Assembly (NCBI GenBank): GCA_002269645.1
Contig: NIVC01001310.1
Location: 62,001 to 126,000 of the forward strand
DNA from: Macrostomum lignano
Taxonomy: Eukaryota
Length of the DNA: 64,000 nucleotides
Direction of reading: 5' to 3'
The notes beneath the pieces are model-generated. The model was not told the origin of the DNA and did no database searches. It saw only the letters and a list, made by a program, of their open reading frames with translations. Shown piece after piece: positions 11,989-23,319 of the stretch (positions within the stretch are counted from its first letter, which is position 1; every line of letters starts with the position of its first letter). A program made the translations under genes and the position numbers.

Positions 11989-13905
11989 CATGGATGAATG
12001 AATAGAATGGATTGCTATTCTGGCTCTGGCTATTTTCGTTTTTGACTCTTTTGCATCCGGTTCCCCCCCGTGCCTTTTCATTGGTTGATGATTGCCATAG
12101 ACAATTTTCGGCCTTCGCCCCTTTCTTTCGATGCACAAGCGCTAAGAACTGAGAATGTCAGTTACTTGCAGAGAATATCGAGCGCTCGATATTCTCTGGT
12201 TACTTGTTTGTCAATTGAAGTTGTTAATTGAAGCAGAGGAATGATAACAAATCCCCTGCAAATTACAACAGTAATGATTTCAGATTTTCATGTCGAGGGT
12301 GATGATGAGGGTGCGATGACAATGCTACAATAATGGATTACTGGCGATGCTTTATCTGAATTTTACTATTGGAGTTATGAAATTAGTTTTAAAGTTCTAT
12401 TTCAACACAAGTAACTTCTATTTCGCCCATCATCATCATCGAGGGAGTACCTTTGTGTGTGCATCACGCATCAAAACTTGTGGTACACGATTCTATTAAC
12501 GTACATGACAACACAGACTGTTAGAATGGTGAAATTGAGTGAAATTGGAACAGGAAAACAACACACATATACGATACCAGTAACGATGAGAACAGACTGT
12601 TAGAATGATTAAATCACATGAAATTAGAGTCGGAACACTACAGCTGCGCAACACCTTCGCCGAGGTCCTCATGGCCAATCACGCTTTCCTTTGCTGTACT
12701 CCAGCATAACTGCTTTCTAATCACCACCCCATCAATCACCAGCACCCATTCACAGCTCATCTTCGACTCTATACTGAGGTCTCGAATCTTTCCAATTGCA
12801 GTCGCCGAAACTCCGGGACTTCCGTCGGAATTGCACAACCATTTGCGGATTGTGGAAGAAGCAGGTAGCCTAATAAATCTACTCACTACTGAGTACGCCT
12901 TCGGCGAGCAATAGTGCAATCGAGCAGCAAAGGCACGCATAGCAACCGAGAATGCGCCTCGCTTTTCTTTTGTAGTATGCTGTAGCAGAATCTTGCCATT
13001 TTCTGTCAGAAAAGACCGAACGCGACTGGCGACGTCGCTGGAGATCTTAGAGCATTTCTGCAAATTTCGAACTCTTTCCATCGCAGCCCGCAGTTTGCGA
13101 TTTGCCAGCAAAAGCTGCCTGCGACTGCGCTTAAACTGCAGGATCAATTTCATCCGTTCAAATTGCATACTTTTGATAGTGCGTCTGAGCATTGCATTCC
13201 GTCTTAGCGCTTGCGCATGTTTTTGCTTTGTGACCTTTTCAGCTCTCACCGATGTTGACGATACTGGCTGCTGTTGTTGTGGAGTGCCAACTGGCTCCTC
13301 GTCAGCGAGTATCGACGGTAGGTGTTCCGGCTTTGGCACAGATCCGGGTCTTAGCCGCTTCCTGTAGGCGCCAGGCGATTGTGTTCCCTGTGTGCTAATG
13401 ATGAAGTCAGACGCCGCAAAGTGCTTCTCACACAATACTGAGCTCTTTGTCAAGACAAACTGCGGTGCCATCTTCACATTGCTCATCCATTCGGTCAGTT
13501 GAAGTGGAGATTTGACAGGAAAAGAAAAGAAGCTGATATTCACTCCAGTGTCGTCCCGCATCCCTGACTTGGATAGACATCCTAGTGCAGCACAGTAGCG
13601 CTTTGAGCCATTGGGCATGGTAGTGATCAAAGTAAAATAAGCAGTGAGTAAACAACAACAACAAGCGCAAAGAACTGATTTTATTGTAGACGAATCGACT
13701 CTCGAATCGTGCTTGTAGGTCTTCCCCCTTTATTTCAAAACACGAGCGAAAGCGCTTGTGCATCGAAAGAAAGGGGCGAAGGCCGAAAACCGTCTATGGC
13801 AATCATCAACCAATGAAAAGGCACGGGGGGGAACCGGATGCAAAAGAGTCAAAAACGAAAATAGCCAGAGCCAGAATAGCAATCCATTCTATTCATTCAT
13901 CCATG
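11989..13905 (-). mobile_element. P-superfamily (THAP) DNA transposon, internally deleted, 1917 bp
   Basis: 155-bp TIRs (11989-12143; 13751-13905) begin CATGGATGAATG and differ by 2 mismatches. Perfect 8-bp TSD GTAAGCAG at 11981-11988 and 13906-13913. The element encloses a THAP ORF. Confidence 0.95.
12638..13618 (-). CDS. Truncated THAP9/P-type transposase (THAP zinc finger, coiled coil, start of catalytic domain), 326 aa
   Basis: THAP signature C-AALG-C...FFSFP...W...LCEKHF, then a basic coiled coil, SPKAYSVV...LPASSTIRKW and VLVIDG (first catalytic Asp). Stop at 12638; the downstream sequence does not continue as transposase. Confidence 0.9.
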   Translation of the reverse strand: MPNGSKRYCAALGCLSKSGMRDDTGVNISFFSFPVKSPLQLTEWMSNVKMAPQFVLTKSSVLCEKHFAASDFIISTQGTQSPGAYRKRLRPGSVPKPEHLPSILADEEPVGTPQQQQPVSSTSVRAEKVTKQKHAQALRRNAMLRRTIKSMQFERMKLILQFKRSRRQLLLANRKLRAAMERVRNLQKCSKISSDVASRVRSFLTENGKILLQHTTKEKRGAFSVAMRAFAARLHYCSPKAYSVVSRFIRLPASSTIRKWLCNSDGSPGVSATAIGKIRDLSIESKMSCEWVLVIDGVVIRKQLCWSTAKESVIGHEDLGEGVAQL

Positions 13906-16755
13906 GTAAGCAGTAAAATTATTTGGGAATTTTCTATCATATGAGCGTAGAGCCTTGCTGACCTTGCTGATGTAAGTAGTTTAAAAGGTTATTAAAAAAC
14001 TTTCAAAAAGCACAGTTTCAAGTTTTGTCGATGAAAGTGTGATAACACAGGGAGTTTTAAAGATGTACCGGTATATTGTTTAATTGTCGAACAGATTGAA
14101 ATTTAGGTAAAGAATGGTCTGATCAAGAAGTGTGCTGATGGTCGTCGCACATCACCCCGCCAGTATTTGCATTGTCTGTCACGAGTACATAGTGTCTCAT
14201 CGCCAAATAGTAGCAAAGCTCAAAGTACAAATTTTTTCTCTGTTGATCATCGAAATTGTTAAGCCCGGCAGGTATAAAGGATTTCACTACCAGAGGCGAA
14301 GTGAGCACACGGTACATGTTGCCGCAATTGCAATTTTGCTGATTCAACTCCGAGTTGTCCCACCAGCCGGATCTGCAGCTTTGCAGCAGTTTTTTCCGCG
14401 ATTGGTTGAACGTTTGGTAAGAATCGAATGGATAGTGATGCTTCATTACGCTGCAAGGTTTTTTGTGGTAATAAGGTCACAGTGGCGTACATTTAGCCAT
14501 GAAGTTTTATTAGTTCATTCGCATTCTTTAGTAACCTAACTAATCTTTAATTAATGTATAACTGTTGACACCAAGTTAGCAAATTGACCCATGCTGATTT
14601 AAGAATCTTTCCCACCTCCATCTCGACATTCCAACGTCTTGCCGACGCTTTCATTCAGCTGACAGACTATTTACCAGCTTATTGTAATTTACGTTCGGAA
14701 ACCTACTTTTGTGGCAGCAACATCTTATGCACACTCTTCACCACAATTAATGGCACTCACCTATTAACCTTGCGAAGATCGAAATAGACGGATATTTTGT
14801 ACACATAGTATCGACATTCGTGAATTTTGAAGAATGAAAAGCAAGCGGTGTCCAAGTCGGTAAGAAACTTGTTTATGTCTTTGGTGTTTTCGCAATGTGG
14901 CGCAGGTGAACCGAGTGTCATAAATGACAGTGCCATAAAAGTCAGCAGTAACTTACTAATATTTGATGACATCCAGCTGATTAATACAAATAATTTCGTT
15001 TATATCAATCTATTATAAAAACAAGTGCAAGCTTTCGCGCGGAACGTCGCGGATGCGAAAACGTCTTTTCTGTAGCAAAAAACAACAGATTCGAATGAAG
15101 ATGTCTATATAGTGGAATTGGGTTCTACCATAGACAGTAGGCTCGCGGCTCTGAGAAGAAATCATCAAATTAAAGAAAAACTCAGCTGAAAAAAGGTTTA
15201 TATACATGTAGTGTTAAAGTAATTTCGATTGTCTGTCAATGAGACGCTAAAGGTAAAGGTAATATAAGGTTATAAATATATCGTGATCGCGTATTAGCTT
15301 GATCGAGTCATTTACTGCACAAGAAATATACTGTATTATATATCGTGATTAAAATGCTGCTCAATTATCGGAATCTTGAGTGCTTTTAGGGGTGCGCTGT
15401 ATTAGTCATTTATATAATGGGTTCGGCCTTTTTAAGCCTATAGCTTCGGGCCTCAGAACTCAGAAATGAATCACTTAGAACTCTGGCCTCTCACTCCTGT
15501 CAGATGGTCAGCCCCATGGTAGCTAGGTTGTTGGCGAGCAGCAAGGTCCTATAGCTAAGAGGAGACAGCGAGAGACAAGCAGGGAGAATTTGAAAGGTAG
15601 AGATTAGCTAATCCGCAGATTAACTAACCCGCTGCCACCAGTCCGTGCGCCCCGGCTCACCAAACCGGAGCTATCGAAATCGGACTTCCGACTAGAGGGA
15701 CTCTGTACTTACCTGCCATCTAATGTCTTTTAGCTGTCTAAATCTCGAAGTCATAGCCGAATAGAAGGGACACTGCTGGGACTAAGATCGCATTGGCCAT
15801 GCAGAGACAGAGAGGACTTCTGCAGGAGGTTATTGCGCTGGCGAGCCTCTATACACTACTAAATGTACTATTTCATTACAAAATTCCAAGAAGTACATGT
15901 ATCAGTACACGTAACTGCACGCTTTTGGCACTAAATGTGTTAACACGTCGACAGATAGCGATGATGTAGATGCATTGTTACTTTTGGAGATCTTTAGATT
16001 AACATTTAACTCGTTTTAGCCGCTTAGCTGCCTGAGACTGAGACCGCGTGAAAGCACCAGTCTGGCACTTAATCTGCATGCTTATCATGTTTTCTTAGAT
16101 CGACTGATTGACTGAGAGCTGTGTCGCTTCCGGTTCACTGTGACCTCTGCCTCTAGATCTAGCCGCTCATCTCAGCTGGCATTGCGAAAAAAAGAAAACG
16201 CTAAGTCTTTAACTTCCAAATTTGACTCTCTCACTTTATCCGCAATTCTAAACACCTTCAGATTGAGTTAGAGCGAATGGCTACTTTTAATATTAACTGA
16301 CACTTCTGCCTCGAGTTCTACACACAAAAGCAAGTAAGCAAAAGTGCAAATCCTATCAGACTACCTAGGAAGGGGTCAGACAAAGGGCGTACCCAGTTTA
16401 GCAGGTCAAGAAAGCCTCTCACCCAACCAATCAGAGGACTTATCTGCCGGTGGCCAAGGAATCCACAGAGACTGAAGCGCTCAGATAGGATGCTGCTGCT
16501 GATCTTAACTGACGAGTGCCGCCGTTACTCTTCACCTGCCGATTGCTGTTGCTCCCCTTTGTTCACGGCCGAGAAGTACTGGTGAAACCTCTCGAGGGGA
16601 ACTTAGCTGTTGAAGCCGAAACTGCCGCTGCCGGGGGAAGGGGGATCAGACGTCGAAGACGCTGCAGAAGCCGAAGGGGATCAGGTCGGCAGGTCTGGCC
16701 AAGGCCAAGGTAGGGATAACAACCAGTTACTTCGAGCGCGGTTCGAGTTGCCGCC

Positions 16756-16887
16756 TTTTATAGCTCTCACGCGGCCTATTTGTTATATCGCACGCCGAAT
16801 TTTCTGATTGGCTAAGAGCTTTTGTTAAAATAGGCGCCGAATTTTCTGATTGTTCGAGCCGAGGGCAGTCAGGTCGATTCTGATTGG
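16756..16887 (-). promoter_or_regulatory. CCAAT boxes plus TATA box in an LTR-like segment (~15.5-17.5 kb)
   Basis: On the minus strand, AGCCAATCAG occurs at 16883-87 and 16807-11, followed by CTATAAAAGG (16756-62). No host ORF follows. Element ends and TSD could not be fixed. Confidence 0.4.
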
Positions 16888-19800
16888 CTGAGCTCAAACC
16901 CCAAAACCCACCCTGCCAGGTGGCCTTCAGACCCCAGGGAAGTTGACAGGTGCGGTCATAAATCATGGGCAAAACGCAATAAAAGTCCCAATTGTCTAGA
17001 CATCCTGGCGCTAAAAGTGACAGCAAAACGCCCATAAATCAAAGGAGAAAGTAACAGAGCGAGTGGGGAGAAAGCTGGAAAGACTTCTTTGACCCAGACA
17101 GGCTGGAGCCAAAAGTGACAGCTAGGCCGCCATAAATCACTGAAAACAATGAAAAAGCCACAAATCTGGGGGTCAGAATGGGGTTGAAAACATTCCTCCC
17201 AGATTTTGTGTTGCCTGTCTAGATTGTTAGAGGTCAATCCGTCTCAAACCCAGACAGTCTGAACTTCAAAGATGCGTAAACAATCCAAAATTAGAATCCA
17301 AAATTCTAATATGCACACAGCTCACAAAACCGGTTGGCTCATACAGATAGTGGGGTGGGTGCAGCTGGGGGGTCTGGCGCACAGAGGGGGAGCGGGGGTT
17401 GAGGCAGGCACGCAGCCGAGAGGGGTAGGAGTGCTGTGCCTGCTGGCACACTTGACCAAGAGTCAGAGATTGCTCATCGGTGCAAATGTACCCGGACACA
17501 ACATTATTACTATTATTATTAAGTTAATGTTAAGGACACCATCAGAATCCACCTCATTGACAAGGGTCTCTCACAGTTCCCATTATGTTAGGCTAGACGA
17601 ATGAGATTTGGAAAATAATTATAGTATGTAGATGTAATTTTTGTTTGCTTTAACATTATTTTTGATTATATAGTTTAAAAAGCGATTTTTTGGTGCCTTT
17701 TTATAAAATTTGTTTTGTATAAGATGTTTTTTCAAAGAAGCAAACACGCGCAAAATTTAAAATACAGTGAACCTGGACAATTACTAAGCGGGCACGCACT
17801 TTCTATAAAAGTGCCCTGCCTTGCACGATACAGGTCAGGATCAGGATAAAATAGTTATTTTAATTTAAATTACAATCATGATAATGGAGATTGAGGAAGC
17901 CAGTCAGAAATACGTGAACAGGGCAGCTATAAACCTACTAACTGGGTCCCATGACAATGACATGAGACTAGGCCTACTGCTACGCTACACAGTGGTAGTG
18001 GTACCCGTTGAAAATTTTGTCTTGTCTTTTAAAAAAATAATAAAATGTCGTTATTCCGCTAGAATAAGGTGCAGATTACTTTTTAAATACATTTTCTGAG
18101 TTAAAGGTAAGCTTTGATGCCAAGGCTTAGGCCTAAACTTCATGGATGCTGATATATTTATTAAGCCTAGGCAAGATAGCCTAGTACAGGCTATACACAC
18201 GTCTATAGTATAGTGTGTATGTGTACAGGGCATTTTTTTACTTCGATTTGCTTTAGGCTAGTTCTTCTTAGATGTCCATTTCATTAAGAAAGAATAATAT
18301 TAACTGTAGTCTGTATGTGTACAATGCCCTCTATGTGTAACTGTTTATTCAAGCATTTTCCTTAGGCCTATTAATATTAGGCCTATAATAAGCTAGACCC
18401 CCGCCCTGAGTTTTTAAAGGTTGGAAATCCAGTTGCCAGTTGGCCCTTCAGGCTCAAAATCCAGTTGCCAATCACTATTTTTGGTTGCCTATTGGCAACT
18501 AGGCCTAGGCCTAGTCAAATTCTTAAGGATGGATATTTCCAAGGCTATGCTAGGCCTACATTTGAAAAGCAGGAATTTGTTTTCTCAATTCTAAGATTGC
18601 TATCTATACTGCAAACAATAACTAACAATTCTATCATAATAATTTATAATTATATGACACTTATTAGCCTACATTTAGCGATCTAGGTACAAATCAGACC
18701 TAGAAAACAAATCACTTTTTGAAATTGGCAACTGATAGGGCCTAGTCTGACATAGGGAAAATGAAGTTGCCAGATTGGCCTCTGATGCCAAAAATCCATG
18801 TGTTGCCAAAATGACTTGTTGCCGAAGTGATTGTAATTCTTCTAATCAAGGGACAAAGATTACTAGTAGGCCTAGTTGAATGGTATAGCCACCATAGCCA
18901 CAGTGGAGTATGGTAGGCCTATACTAGAAAAAATATGTTTTGCAAAGTAAAAATATGCCAAAAAGTGTCTAAAAGGTCATTTGACTTCATAAATGAGTTT
19001 CTTAACAACTCAAAAAAGTTTAAAAATCTTTAAAGAAAGCTAAAAATATGATTGTATAATTAGAGTTTTCTATATAATTAGGCCTAAGTTGTTAAGAGCT
19101 AAATTTGGATCAATAAAACCCTTAGGCCTACTTATAATAGGCCTAAAAATAAACAAAAACTAAATTTGGAAATAGTAGTAGTATAAAACTTCATTTAGTC
19201 TAAGATAATTAAAGTAAAGCAAAGAATAAAAGTATATAATGGAAAATATTTTTTTATAATTTAATTTTTTTTAATTTTAAGCAAGTTTTTATTATCCCCT
19301 TTGCAAAGATAAAAAAGTTGCCATATAAGGGATAAGCAGTTTTATTGTAGTTTAAATTTTATAAATTTATATTGTTTATAATATAATAAAAAAACTATAA
19401 TTTTCATTTTATTATAAAGGGTCTTTTCTAGGCCTACTATGATTTGGATTATATTATAGGTAAAAGTTATCTGGAATAATAAAAATAAATGAAATAAATA
19501 TTTTGTCATGACCATACTTTATGATCATGACTATAAACATTGCAATTAGTAAAAGCATTAAAGAGGCAGCATCATCATTTATCAACATAGCTGTAGCTCC
19601 CTCTTTTCTTTTTTTACCAAATGATTGTCAGTATAGTTTATGCTCTGCTATGTGTTCAGTTGTTTTAGAATTTATAAGCAACTATATAAAAATATAGAAT
19701 TATATGTTTGACACAGATTGCTTTTTGGAGCTTTGTTCTATCTATTATGGTTCAAAAGTTACAAGTGCCTAAAGTTTAAAAATATGATAAGACCTTCTTG

Positions 19801-19977
19801 TGAAATGACCCCTTAATTGTTTCCTCTACTTTGCTTTTTGTGCTTTTTGCCAATGCTTCTAGTGGTAATACAATTTCAATTCATTATATTAGAAGAGTTT
19901 AATAGTTTATTAGTTTAAATAATATTTTTTACTTGTTTTCCCAGTGCATAATAACAGCAAATAAATAAGAGTCTAAC

Positions 19978-19986
19978 GCTGAGTCA
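19978..19986 (-). promoter_or_regulatory. Candidate antioxidant response element (TGACTCAGC) upstream of GCLC
   Basis: GCTGAGTCA on + (TGACTCAGC on -), about 745 bp upstream of the GCLC ATG in very AT-rich DNA. Confidence 0.4.
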
Positions 19987-20730
19987 GGACTATCAATTGA
20001 CTTTCTGACTATTATGCATTTAAGTTTTATGCTTCATTTGTATAGTATTTTCCTGTTAGATAAGATTATTTAATATATGGACCTATTATATCTAAAATAA
20101 AAATATAGAGTGCTCATAAAAAAAGAAAGATGTAAATTTAGGTTAATATAGGTTACTAGGTTATACTTGTAGGGGGTATAGATAATAGGTTCAATATTTT
20201 TTAGCAATCAGTTGCTCTTCATATCTTGTAATATTACCACAAATGCAATTACAATTACAATGTATAAATTAGTAATTACATCTTATATGTACTGATTTCA
20301 TACATTTATAATAATACTTTACATATTTTAAAATGTATAATAGCTTCCTTTTGTGACACTAAAATGTCATATGCAAAACTTTTTATATGCTTTGGCCTTT
20401 GATGTTGTCAATCATGTATCTTTGATGAGATACATCATCATTTTTGATGAATTAGTTCACTTTGCAATACAGTTTAAACTACAACTACAACTATCATTAA
20501 CTGCACTACAAAAATAATTTAAGAAATAAGCAGCTCCCACACTTATATAATGCAAACAGCTTTTTAGGCCTAGCATAACACAATGTCAATTATAAAATAA
20601 AGAATTCTTCAAATAGCTATGAAATCAAGTGCCAAAAAGTAGAAAAACAACCCATCATATAAGACATAAGTTGTTTATTTATTGTTAAATTTATTGTTAC
20701 CATTGCATGCTCTAAGAAAATTCACATATT

Positions 20731-22958
20731 ATGGGTCTGTTATCCGAGGGCACTCCGCTGAGTTGGTCGGAGACTCAGAAACACTCGGAGCATGTTCGCC
20801 AGCACGGTATTCGCCAGTTTATTAGTCTGTACTATCGGCTTAAGGATCGAACCAAGGACTCTTTGAAGTGGGGCGACGAAGTTGAATATCAGTTGGTTCG
20901 ATTGACCAAATCTGCTGCTTCTAGTAGCGACCAGCAGCAGCAACAGCAGTCTCAGTTCGCCTCCCAACTGTCTCTGGTTGCCGATCAAATCCTGCCAGAA
21001 TTGCAACGCGAAGAAATCGAAAATGGCGGTCGAGCTTCCACGCTGTGGCGACCCGAATACGCTGCCTACATGGTCGAGGGCGTGCCCGGCGAGCCATACG
21101 GCCACCTGCTGGCCCACCTCAACTTAGTCGAAGCCAATATGCGCAAGCGCCGGGCTCAGGTGCAGAGCCTCCTGGGCTCCGACGTGTACGCCTTGACGCT
21201 GACAGCTTTTCCCAGGCTAGGCTGTCCCGACTTCTGCTATCCCGGTGCCAAGCCAACCCCTGAGGGTGGCGTGTCGTGCAGCGCCTTCCTACCCGATGAG
21301 GTCATCTATTCGGGTCATCCGAGGTTTCGGTGAGCATGCCGGGCGATTGCTGTGCTGCTGTTTTTTTCTGGTGTATATTGGCTATGAATTGCGGCAGGCA
21401 CATTGACTCGTCTAGCTCATTTCTCGCCTGTGTCAACTGCAACGCCTCTGAAACGACTTTGACAAGTGCAATTGCAATTGTCTCTGGGTCGCTTCTTGGC
21501 CTGGGTACCGTTTTATCGGACTCCTCTCCCCTCTCCCTATCCCTTCCTCTCCCCTATCATTTCTTCCTCCTTTCTCCTTCTCCCTCTCCATCCTCTCTCC
21601 TCCGGTTCCCCTCTCCCTCTCCCCCTCCCTCACCCTCTACCTCCTTCCTCCTCACTCTCTCTCCCTCCCTGACGAATAATTACAATATTCGAAACATCGG
21701 AAACAATAACTCTATTGTTTCTCAGTCCTTTTTTTACCGTGTCAGTGCCCGAGACAGGAAGTGCCCTCTTCTCTCCCCTCCTCTCTCTCTCTCTACCTCT
21801 CCCTCCTCCCCCTCTACCTCTAACCTCTCCCTCCCCTCTCTCTCTCCTCTCCCTCCTCCCCCTCTACCTCTAACCTCTCCCTCCTCTCTCCCTCTACCTC
21901 TACCTCTCCCTCCTCTCTCCCTCTACCTCTACCTCTCCCTCCTCTCTCCCTCTACCTCTACCTCTCCCTCCTCTCTCCCTCTACCTCTAACCTCTCCCTC
22001 CTCTCTCCCTCTACCTCTAACCTCTCCCTCCTCTCTCCCTCTACCTCTAACCTCTCCCTCCTCTCTCCCTCTACCTCTAACCTCTCCCTCCTCTCTCCCT
22101 CTCCCTCTACCTCTCCCTCCTCTCTCCCTCTACCTCTAACCTCTCCCTCCTCTCTCCCTCTACCTCTAACCTCTCCCTCCTCTCTCCCTCTACCTCTAAC
22201 CTCTCCCTCCTCTCTCCCTCTACCTCTAACCTCTCCCTCCTCTCTCCCTCTACCTCTACCTCTCCCTCCTCTCTCCCTCTCCCTCCTCTCCCTCCCTCTT
22301 TCTAGGGAGTACAATCTTGAGATAATTGGAGTGCAGTTAAAGTACTACTGACAAAACCAAAATGCACAGGGCTGTCTTGTAGTCATGTTTATCTATCAAG
22401 AGAACCGCCCCCATCTTCAATGCGATCTTCTACTAGTCACCGGATAACGTTTGCATTACGTTTCCTTCAATGTGTTTGCTTGGTAATTCAGAAATTCCTT
22501 CTCTTTCTATTACACTCGTTATCTCTCTATCTGAGCTTCGCGAGTTTATCTTAAAGCAACGCGTTTCTCTAATCTGGCCGCTTCAGGTGGCAACCTCGCG
22601 AAAAGTTTTTTTCTAGTTTTCTCTTTTCTGTTCATTCAAGAACTGGCGATTCTTTTAATGCTTTCCTAGCCTGTATTCATCGGGCTTTTTGCTGTTGAAT
22701 TAATTCTACAAGTGAATTTTCAGTCAGCAAATGCTTTGCGGTTTAGTTGTCTCGGTTTAAATTCTAATTAATAAGAGGTTTTGATTTGTTTATGAACTGG
22801 CCTGCTGTTGCTGACTTGCAGGTTGGGAAATGCACTGCTTGCTTGACTAGTTGCCAGTTATCTGTTTGGAGTCTGCTCCCACTGTTTGCCTGCTTTCTCG
22901 TTTCTGCTTGCTTCTGATTGACTGGCTGTCCCTTTCTCTGTCTTTGTGTCTGTCTTAG

Positions 22959-23019
<61 letters not shown>

Positions 23020-23022
23020 TTG

Positions 23023-23081
<59 letters not shown>

Positions 23082-23132
23082 CTGTCTGTCTGTCTGTGTG
23101 TCTGTCTTTCTGTCTGTCTGTCTGTGTGTGTG

Positions 23133-23167
<35 letters not shown>

Positions 23168-23168
23168 G

Positions 23169-23218
<50 letters not shown>

Positions 23219-23252
23219 CCTAGCTGTCTGTGGCTGTCTGTCTGTCTGTCTT

Positions 23253-23319
<67 letters not shown>

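Noticed and set aside
11884-13944. Duplicated MCIERKGRRP ORFs on opposite strands
   Set aside because: They are translations of the transposon TIRs from non-ATG starts.
15704-15720. TACTTACCTG resembling the U1 snRNA 5' end
   Set aside because: No U1 stem-loops or Sm site follow; it is simply a reverse-strand splice-donor consensus.
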